A stretch of 41,512 nt of DNA from Trypethelium eluteriae (lineage: Eukaryota), in the NCBI GenBank assembly GCA_051942245.1, contig JAVECL010000159.1:1-41512 (forward strand), read 5' to 3'. Position numbers and translations under genes: made by a program. This document shows positions 11,745-21,185 of the stretch, piece by piece. Positions within the stretch are counted from its first letter, which is position 1. Each line of letters begins with the position of its first letter. Below the pieces are notes generated by a model that was given only the letters and a program-made list of their open reading frames with translations, did no database searches and was not told the DNA's origin.

Positions 11745-13189
11745 CTATGAAGTGCCCGCTGGGTCTTCCCAGAAGTTACCATCGACAAAACTTGTCCACT
11801 CCCGGTCGAGACCTGGCGTGATACCACCTCCACTGCCCTGGCCACTATTGGATCGTGTCAGCGCCGGCGCTTTGAAAGCATCGCTGAAACTGCCGTCTAG
11901 ATTGAAGCCAAAGCCGGGCGTGAAGGGTGAAATGACACCTTCTGAAGCTGCAGATGGTGGATTGCTGAAATTGTGATTGTCTAGATTCGTATCGAGTGCG
12001 CCGGGGGCCAAGGTCTGATTCATGCCATCGTAGGATGGATGTGGCTGCATCGTTCGTGACTTGGATGATGGATTGGGATTGTAGCTGTAGAAAGGTTGTT
12101 GGGTCCGATCACTACCAGACATAAGCATTGAGGTAAAAGGATCGTTCGGATCGAGCGCTGACCCTAGCAACATCTGCGACTCCGCTGGAAGAGAAGTCGC
12201 GAACGGACTGTAATTGAACCCAGGTGTCGTAGATGGGAAAGACGTCGGTGACTGCAGAGGGTACATTTGCTGTGGTACCTGAGAAGATTGATTTTCCGAT
12301 TGAGGGGCCTCTTGCTTGAAGAATCCATGTGGCGTCGTGCCCTGCGATGTAAGATTCTGACTTGAGGAGTTGCGTGAAACGTGCGGCGACGCTTGTGGCG
12401 AAGTACAGGACTGTGTGACTTCCTGTTGCACAGTCGGCATCTGGACTGGGGTAGTTGAAGACTGAGCTGGCAGAGACATGCGCCGAGCTTCTTCATGTTT
12501 GGGGCCTTCGGTGGGGCTAGCTAAAGCAAACGCTTGCTGGTTACCAGGTAACTCTTGGGTTGTGGCGATGGATGCTGATCGTTGGTGCTGCTGAGGCCGA
12601 AACCCTTGCGGGTTGGATGATGGATACGGTGATTGTCGGTAATTTGATGGGGATCGATGTATCATTTGAGGCGGCATCATTGGGTTCGTTATAGGTGTGG
12701 GAAATGAAGGTGGGTATTGTGAGTTGTGGGCAAAGTGGGGAGCGCCTGGGTACTGCTGCGCGTAGGAACTTGTAATGGCTTGGTCGAGAGCAGACCTCAT
12801 GGCGACGTGGTTTGTGAGGTACGCAGCCAGCCTGCGATTGAAATCGGCAGAACCGGTTTGAAGGTGGGCAGTCAAGCGCCGATATTGCATAGGCAAGTCA
12901 TCGTCTTCCTCCTCATACATTTCTTCGTTAACAACATCTTGCTCTGTAACACGCAGGGAACGTCCAGTTCGCCTCTTGTGAATCTCAGAAGCCCGCCGGG
13001 CAGACTCTACGCGTGCTTCAAGGCTCCGATCGCTGCGGCGAGATGCGGCAATGTATGCCCTGTCATTGTAAAATTAGGAAGATAGGACATAGATGGTATG
13101 GAGAAGACAACTCACCTTTCCTGATTTTCTTCGTGTGTTCTCTCAGTCTTAATGGGCTTTGCGGCCGCGAGTGTGCGAACCGGTGGCAT
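11745..13189 (-). CDS. Unnamed conserved-looking fungal protein, 462 aa: basic/helical N-terminal domain plus Q/P/S-rich disordered region (regulator-like); intron 13115-13060
   Basis: The spliced N-terminus reads MPPVRTLAAAKPIKTERTHEENQERAYIAASRRSDRSLEARVESARRASEIHKRRTGRSLRVTEQDVVNEEMYEEEDDDLPMQYRRLTAHL... The intron GTGAGT..CTAAT..CAG joins in frame to the 391-aa ORF. Confidence 0.85.
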
Positions 13190-16100
13190 TGTGACTCAAA
13201 TGGAAATTCTGTTGAACCGAGTATAGATGATGGGTACCTCTAAGAGGGCGAACAAGTACTCTTAAATTTAGGACTGTATAGATGAGAAAGCTTTAGGAGA
13301 CAGTGAACCAGGTCACTGCACGTTTCAGGTTTCTACACCTGGTGAACGCCAGAGAATCGGCTTGATAGTGGGTGGTATAAATTCTTGAAAGCTGTTAGGA
13401 TGGCGTATTATGGGGAATTATTGAGCAGATGAACAGTAGGCGAAAGAAATGATGTCGGTGTGTCCAGCCGGATGGCCCTAGGCTTTCAAAACAACCAGAT
13501 CGGATTGTTGTTGCAAGACCGAGGCGATCTGAAAATCGATAGTCCCGCGATGTTGAGCTCAGCAGGTGGCGCCACGCGAGCCCGAAGTGGTGGTAGTATG
13601 GTCGCGGGCGTCTGCCCCGTTGTCAAAGAATTGAAAATGGCGCGGTCAATGCCAAATAAAAATGAACTTTGTCTAACAACAAAGACACGATATTCTACAG
13701 AGAAAATATCGAGTGGAGGAAACAAAGGGACAGTGGCCAAAAGCCGGCCGGGAAAGACGGAATGATATGGGAGCGGGGAGCTGGGACAGCACGGGGCAGA
13801 GACGGGATTTGCAAGTGAGCACGCTGATTTGACGAAGAAGCTTTCGGAAAAGTTGCAATAGCAAAGTCAGACGAGATGGCAGTGCAGAAAAAGCGGAGAG
13901 ATGGGAATTCTGGAAAGGGAACGGGCTTTCTGGGCAGACGGGCGACCCGAGGGTGCGAGCAGCGCGTCTCCGCCAGGCCTGCACGCCCGTGGGCCAGAAG
14001 GGGAGGAGGAGCTGTTTACTGCCAGCCAGTCACGTCCACGCTCCCATGCAGCTCTAGCCGCGGCCTGTCGTCCGTGGGAGTTTCGATGTCGTCCCGCCCT
14101 GTAGGTTTGCCACTGATGCAGCAGATGCGTCTCGGCGGCGCTGATTGGCCGTGAAGCAGACGCGAAGGCACCGGACCATGTCGTTTATCTGAGAACAGAG
14201 AGGCCAGCATGGGGATCCCCGGCCTGCTCCACAGTCCCGCTACCCGTCGATACGTGCTCGTCCCAGTCAGGCAGGTGCGTAAGGTGCTTCTCGAAGGGAG
14301 GAGCTGGTTTGGCAACGCCCCGCCGACGCCTTTCGCGTAGGCTTACCAGACTTCGAAAACCGAGGGCGAGACGGCTGCTGGCCAGCTGCAGAACCGCACA
14401 CCACTGCGTTCTCGCATTGCGCTGGAAGTTGAGTTTTGCTTGCTGGGAGCCGGGAATCCATTGCAGCGGGCTGCGTCGTTCCAGGCATGGACAGAAGATG
14501 TCCATGCCTCATTCCCACCTCCTGGTGTGCTGCTGCGACACCAGCGGAATGGACCGCGACGGCCGAGACGGTTTTGTGAAAGCACTAATACCGACGTTGG
14601 CAGGTAGGTTGGGCTTGGATCCGGCAGTGGGTAAGTGGTGTGCCTCTGCCTCCCACCGCCCCCAAAAGCGCACACACGCACATCCAAATGCCGTGGTGCC
14701 GACCATCCAAGCGACCAAGCATCCAAGCCCCCAAGGGCGAAACTGTCAGGGGCGAAGTTGCGAAACTTCTCAGATCGTCGCGAATCTGGCAACTGAGATC
14801 AGCACGCCGGGGGACCGGCGCTGCTCGGGGCCCGCTGGCAGCACGCGGGGTGTGGGTCAGGATCGAGCTGAGCTCGCGATCGAAGAGTTGATCGAAGCAC
14901 CAAGGGGAGCTCGGAGAGCGGTCCGATTAACTTTCTCGCTAATCTGAGTGCGCTGCTGCTACCCGTTCATGCCGTCCAACGTGCCGCACTGCCTGAGGCC
15001 TGATCATCCCTCATCTTGCCGTGAACGCTTCGCTGGCTTCTACCGCTGCTGCTAACGATACCTACTAACGATGCTAAACACCCTAAAGGTGTCAACATGG
15101 CTGACGATGCAGCCGACTTTGCCTAATCTTCCCGCCGCCCTGCTCCTACCTTCCGTTCATTATAACATCACCACGGCTACAATCTGCTCCATTCCAGCGG
15201 GTGAAGACCCCATCGACCCTTCATTCGAGAACGTCTTTCGTACTCTGTACCACCCTAGCGCTCTGCGACGCTCTAGCAGATCTGCCGTGCCCACAGATCT
15301 GCCCTTGGGCCCTGAGATGCAAGATCGATGAGATTAGCTCCGATGCATTTTAACCCTTCCTCTCAGAGGCAGCTTTATCCCTGGGTGCCTGCATGTAAGC
15401 ACGGTTCGAAGCCCTCTCAGACGGCTGACATTTCCAGACCGGTCCAGCGTCACTGCGTTTTGACGCGAATCCCATCTTGCTTTGACAATCTCCCATGCTT
15501 GAAAACCCACTGAATCGGAGGCATTTCGCTGATCGCCGTTGTCAACCCTTGCCGCTAGCGCAGGTCACCCACGGAGATGTCTCCCTCACCCTCCGCTCGC
15601 CAGCTGCCAGTTTCCACCATCCTGGCTTCAAAAGGGTTCATCTTATTGCGTCATAACAGTGTAATGAAACATATGAGGACGAGATGAACGCCTCGAGAGC
15701 TTCCAGGCTACTCCTTTAGGCCTCGGTGTATTGCCATGTTTCCTGTAATCCAAATCAATTCGCAGATTCTGCTGGTTCTGCCATGAGCATTCAAGCCTAA
15801 GGTTAGATCAGTGTGCCGAATTTCGCCGAGGTTCGCTCCCAATGCTAAAGACATCGGTGAAGTTAAGGCCGCCGTGGACAGAATTGATCTTACATCCTCG
15901 ATAAGATATAAGACTATGGCCTTGGACTGTGTTAATTACATGATCAATACCAAAGCAATCTATTGTTCTTGCAGTCTACCTGGCGATTGTCTGGTTCTTA
16001 GCGCTGAATTGTAGTAGTTTGATGACACAAGCCTGACAAAATGGACTTCAGAATATTCGAAACAAATTTGACACTAGCTGTGTTAGAGCAGCACTCACCC

Positions 16101-16671
16101 GAGTGCAGCAGTGGACTCTGAATGACGCGAAACCCAAGCGGCTATCCCTAGTCTACGGGGTTGCTTGCAGCACAAATTCTATCAGCCCTACTTGAAGGCC
16201 ATGCAAAAACTAGTATACTGGTTGGGACACAGCTTTGCAGAAAGCCGTGAATTGATCGATTTATTGATAGCACTATTTTAATCGTGGAGTCAACGCACGG
16301 CAAGCCCAAAGTCTGCACTCGAAGATCGCTCGCACATAGCAATCCTGGGTGTCGTAGACCATCCAGTTCTCCAACTTTGCCATATGATGGACAAAAAAAT
16401 TAAAGCGGGTGCCGGCCTCTTGTATATCGCGGCCAACAAGATACGCCATCTTACCTTAGGTGACGGTTGAAGCATTCACACCCAAGCTTTCCGGCACTTC
16501 CGGAATAGTCTTGGTCTATCAAGCACGTGTGCTCTTATGTTGGCCGTCGATTGCCTATACTCCCTAAAGATTGGCAGTTTTCCAGAGTGGAGGACACTGA
16601 TGCCAGCTATTCGTTAAGTTAGAGTGCTGTCTAGTGGGAGATTAGATGTTGACTGTGTTGTTTTAGGGTTC

Positions 16672-16862
16672 GTACCTTACCGCGGCTAGCTGGGGGGTTC
16701 CTCAACTGGTAATTAATACAATGTTACCTCAGTTTAACCGTCGTGACCATGTTAGCCCATGTTAAGGCGGTTTTAACATAGACCAACAAAGTCATAACAG
16801 TAAAGTCGAAATAACATTGTATTAGTCACCAGTTGAGGAACCCCCCAGCCGCCGTAAGGTAC
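16672..16862. mobile_element. 191-bp fold-back inverted repeat; MITE-like non-autonomous element or hairpin RNA locus
   Basis: The left arm GTACCTTACCGCGGCTAGCTGGGGGGTTCCTCAACTGGT... is the reverse complement of the right arm ...ACCAGTTGAGGAACCCCCCAGCCGCCGTAAGGTAC. The arms pair over about 90 bp around a ~7-nt centre. A TA lies just inside each end (possible target-site duplication). No ORF. Confidence 0.65.
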
Positions 16863-17197
16863 CTATTCGGAGTTTCACGGGACGACATGATATTCCCTAC
16901 CTTAGGTATATGGGGCCTCATGGACTCTGGTGATGCAGTAAGCTCATGGCCATAAGTCGAAACTCCTCCATCTCATGGAAGCATCTAGCTGTTAAAAATG
17001 AACGCTGAGTAACATTCTTGGAGTTACTCTAAAAAAAAATGCTGGATTCATAATGGAATGCTCTCTTATCCCCGTTTCGTCCGAGGTATGACGCCAATGG
17101 ATCTACGCGATTCCACAGCCATCTGGAAGTAATAAAGACGAGATGATTTCGTCTTTTTTCATGTCATACTTCATCGTTTCATTATTGCAAACCCATC

Positions 17198-17968
17198 ATG
17201 GCACGGATCTTGGTAACCGGAAGCAGTGATGGCCTAGGACAGATCGCAGCTCGTTCTCTCATTTCCCAAGGCCACGAAGTCTACCTTCATGCTCGCAATC
17301 CCCAGCGCGCACAACAAGCGCGAGAAAGCGCACCAGGCGCCAAAGGCGTCCTGGTCGGTGACCTGAGTAGCATCGCCCAAACCAAAGCGCTCGCGGCCGA
17401 AGCCAACAAGATCGGCAAATTTGACGCCGTAATGCACAACGCCGCTCTTGGAACCTATCCGGAGCAAAGCAAGAGCGAGGACGGCATCGAGAAAATGTTT
17501 GCTGTCAATAGCCTCTCTCAATATATCCTGACCTGTCTGATGGAGAGGCCGAAAAGACTGGTGTACGTGAGCTCAGGACTGCATTCCAATGGTGATCCGA
17601 GTCTCCAGGATGTGGCTTGGACCTCGAAACGGAGCTTTGCTTCTTTCCAGGCTTATTGCGATACGAAGCTTCATAACATATTGTTGTCGAATGCAGTTGC
17701 GAGACATTGGAATAATGTTGAGAGCAACGCATGCAATCCTGGTTGGGTCAAAACAAAACTTGGGACATTCAATGCGCCAGGAGATCCGCAGGCGGGAGCT
17801 CGTACACAGGTTCACCTGACGGACCCAAAACAGGATGTTGGAAGTGGTCGCTATTGGTCTGATATGAAGCCCATAGAACCACAGGCAGGAGCGAATGACA
17901 TAGCAAAGCAGGAGGAGTTTTTGAAGATATGTCAAGATCTGAGTGGCATAGCATTTCCAAAAAATTAG
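17198..17968 (+). CDS. Short-chain dehydrogenase/reductase (classical SDR), intronless, 256 aa
   Basis: Rossmann motif TGSSDGLG, HNAA, VSSG and catalytic YCDTK (YxxxK), plus NPGWVKT. Confidence 0.92.
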   Translation: MARILVTGSSDGLGQIAARSLISQGHEVYLHARNPQRAQQARESAPGAKGVLVGDLSSIAQTKALAAEANKIGKFDAVMHNAALGTYPEQSKSEDGIEKMFAVNSLSQYILTCLMERPKRLVYVSSGLHSNGDPSLQDVAWTSKRSFASFQAYCDTKLHNILLSNAVARHWNNVESNACNPGWVKTKLGTFNAPGDPQAGARTQVHLTDPKQDVGSGRYWSDMKPIEPQAGANDIAKQEEFLKICQDLSGIAFPKN

Positions 17969-18726
17969 ATCTCAATCTATCTATTGGATGAGAAGATAAA
18001 TCGGTTTTATCACCGAAATATTTGAATCAAGTCTTCGTCTAGGGCTGCTCATCATTTCCTAATGTCGCCAACACCAATCGTTGTATTCTTGCCGTTACGG
18101 CCGGTTGCCTCTCAGGTCAGGCGATTTCATTTAAAGCCCCTTCTCTGTAATCTACCATAGCGCCTGAGAGTATTGCTGAAACACATTGTGCTTCAATCAC
18201 GTTGAATGAAGCAATCAAGACCTCATAACCAATCGCTTCGGCACCAGCATCGTTGAGCATGAGAATCTCTGTTCCGGCGAAGCTTTTAACGGTAATGTAC
18301 CGTTTTGGCGTCCAGTCCTCGGCTTCTTGCTACGCCTCTTTCATGCCATCTTTCAACTTGCTCTTCATAAGGACTGAGGTCAAAAATCATCCCCCAATCA
18401 GCGTTAGCCCACGATTCCTAAACACAGAGAGGAGAGGACCCCCACACGGACAGGAATTTGACAACAGTCCGTAATGTCCGCGTAGTGATAGCCTTGTCCT
18501 TCAACTCATAATTGATGATGAGCGTTAACTTCCGTGGGTTTCCGCGCACACTGATATTGTGAGACTTGATCTCCGAGGGACACAGGATACTTGAATGCAA
18601 GTCGAGTCCGCAAAACTTCGACTGATGTCCTCCTCAAGGCCACTGTAGCATATTAAGATTATGATGCAGGGCCCTGACATCATTGCCTGGACTTGTGAAA
18701 GACCACAAGAATCATAAATCTTATCT

Positions 18727-20828
18727 TCAGAAGACGGCGCCTCCGATGATGAACACACGTTCTTCTTCTCGGCGGATCCATTGAATTATTTTGTTGGCTG
18801 CTTGTGCCAAAGCATTACGGCTTGCTGATGGATCTGCCACACAAAAGAGTTCGAACATTGGAGTGATCCAAGCAAGCGAGATCGAATCGCGACTAATACA
18901 GTGTTGCACTTTCAAGTGGGCATTCTTGACATGGACACTGGCATGAAGAATGTGATAAAGCGATAGTAATCTGAATAGTGGATTTCCAAATTTGTGAGTA
19001 GACTGCTTATGACGGGAGCAAGCGGACATACCGTCTCCTTGAGAGCGTCGTATTGAAATTTGGCTCGTACGATGGCATTGCGAACTGGACGTTGCCCTTA
19101 GATTTGTAAAGAAAATGCCTCGCGACAGTACCAGGCGCAATATCCACACATGACGGCCGTCCTTTCACAACGGCAGATCGAATACTCTGCATTCCGCCGT
19201 TTTCCTGTAGTTGCTTTGACGATTTTAGCCTGTTATGAGGATCTCGGGAACGAATGCTTACTTCTACTAAGTCATCTTTCATTTGCCTCAGTTCAAAAAA
19301 GCCTTCTTTATTCGGGCTGATGAAGAGAATGGCAATTTCTTCTTCTCGCTCGTCTCGTGAAGATGGCCGTTCGACAACTTCATGATTTGGTTGAGTTGCG
19401 CTAAGGAAGCTAACGTACATGTAAAGGAATCCTGTATTGTTGAAGCCAGGGAGGCAAATAGGAATCCAGTTCTCGCCACCGCCTGCTTTGATACCTTCGG
19501 CCTCAAATAGCATATTGAAGATCAATTCCAAATCGCCTGGATGTAATGAGTGTTTCTTAGGACGTATAACACTGACAAGCTTGCCTCCAGCAACAATTAA
19601 TCCATACAGAAGGTTTTGCGACCTAACCTTGAGCATGGAATTGTTGATCACTTGACGATGAGTCTTGCGAAGTCTGAGACACTCTAGGGCTGAAAGTAGC
19701 GAGGACGGCGACCCTCTTGTGAAACCATCTGCAAGAGCAGAGAGCAAAGTTTCCGTCCCCTGTAATGGTCTTCGAAGATCTATTGACGGGCGATTAGAAA
19801 ACATCCGTTCCATGTTCGGTAAGGTCAGTGTAGAGAGAATCTGCATGTACAAGGCCTCTAGTTGTGCACGCAATTGAGCGTCGCTTTCACCAAGCTGGCT
19901 GATTGCAACAAGGTTCAAAGGCCCTTTCGACATGATCACGAATCGCACGTCGCCGGCAGTAAACCCTTTGAGGCCATCTTTTGCTCCTTGATAGAACGAA
20001 ATGATGGTTTGAACAACTCCAATGTAGTTTGTCACGAGCTGATCATCTCCGTGTCGACTATAAATGGGCTTCCCAGCCGATGATAAAATCAGGAAGTGCT
20101 TTAATTTGGAACGAAATTGTGCCATCAAAGCTTCTATGACCAAGTTAGTCAAAGTAGAGCCAAATTTTCACTAAAAGCTTACCCTCGTTGCTTCCATCAG
20201 GTCGGGACGGTTCTAGCTCGTCGAACTCTCGCTCAAAAATATCGTTCAGCACGTCCACTTCATAGGTCACGTCATGGAAATAGCCCGCTTGCTCAAGAGC
20301 ACATGCATCCAGCTTCTTCCAAGCAGGACTCGCATAATCCGACAATACCTCTCCAAGCAGGCTTTCTACATCTCCGCTTGCCTCGAGAGTTGGAATGTAG
20401 CTTCTGATGCTTGCACTGTCGCCACCATCGCTTTTACTATTGCTCACAAACCGGCCAAGGTTGCTAAAGCTCTGTTGTCTCGAGACACCTCTGCTCCCCG
20501 GCAACGAGTGACCCCCAGGACGTTCATCACCATAAGACTTGGTCTGAATATCAGCGCGGGACACTGCTGTGGTCGCCCTCGAGGCCAATCTGGGACCACC
20601 GGCACTGCTTGGCCGTGAATAAGAGCCGAAGGGGGATCGATCAGGTCTCGAGAGTTGGCGCGGGCGAGCTGGGAGAGGCGGAGGTGAAGATTCCCTAGAT
20701 TGGAGTGAAGCAATTGGTACCTCTCGTGTTCCAGATTCAGAGTGTTCAGATCCAGCACGCTTGTCGAAGTCTTTGGTACTGATGCCTTCGGCGGTTTCTG
20801 CCGTATCAATGTTGGCTGTGTCAGCCAT
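18727..20828 (-). CDS. MON1: Vacuolar fusion protein Mon1 (Mon1-Ccz1 Rab7/Ypt7 GEF subunit), about 647 aa; exons 20828-20183, 20133-19262, 19213-19032, 18970-18727
   Basis: [70 protein letters not shown] and the C-terminal [17 protein letters not shown] are Mon1 longin-domain hallmarks. Introns are phase-consistent. Confidence 0.93.
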
Positions 20829-21185
20829 GGTGACGCTTAGGAAGGCTTTAATGAGGACATTCTTCCCACTGCGAGCGTCGAATCTTTAGCAGAGAAATAC
20901 ATGTAGGCTTTCACCCCATATTAATAAGTTGTTGGGGCCAAGGAAATGAGCAAAGTAGCATGCCGTTCTTTCGTCATAACTGTAGCTCCATGTAATTAGA
21001 GTGCCTAGCCGAAGAGCTTTATCGATAAGAACTCAGTCGTCTTATGAAAGGACGCGCAGAACCGCGTCAGCGATTGCACGCAACCCTTTGTTGCTAGACA
21101 TATTCTGCCAGTTCATATTGAATCATCAGTACCATGATATTCTCAGCCTTTATGAACCTAGGCGCGACTCCTGTCCGAAGAAACA

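Noticed and set aside
14309..14947. 212-aa plus-strand ORF and overlapping ORFs in the GC-rich 13900-15000 region
   Set aside because: TTG start, R/A/G/P-biased composition typical of GC-rich non-coding DNA, several frames open, and no recognisable motif.
15390..15420. GGTTCGAAG resembling a tRNA T-loop
   Set aside because: The flanks do not form a T-stem or cloverleaf.
16663..16670. TTAGGGTT telomere-like unit next to the fold-back
   Set aside because: A single hexamer is expected by chance.
17134..17160. Hairpin plus T-run resembling a bacterial rho-independent terminator
   Set aside because: The context is eukaryotic and it lies upstream of a start codon. Kept only as a palindrome observation, not called a terminator.
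17966..18025. Stop-codon readthrough producing a peroxisomal PTS1 on the SDR (and other genes)
   Set aside because: The stop contexts I checked (SDR, GH30, ANT1, DOP1) are not the leaky TGA-CTA type, and the SDR extension ends in ...HRNI, which is not SKL-like.
18514..18625. Box C (ATGATGA) with downstream CTGA motifs, suggesting a C/D snoRNA
   Set aside because: No terminal stem and no rRNA-complementary guide that I can recognise. A snoscan/Infernal search would be needed.
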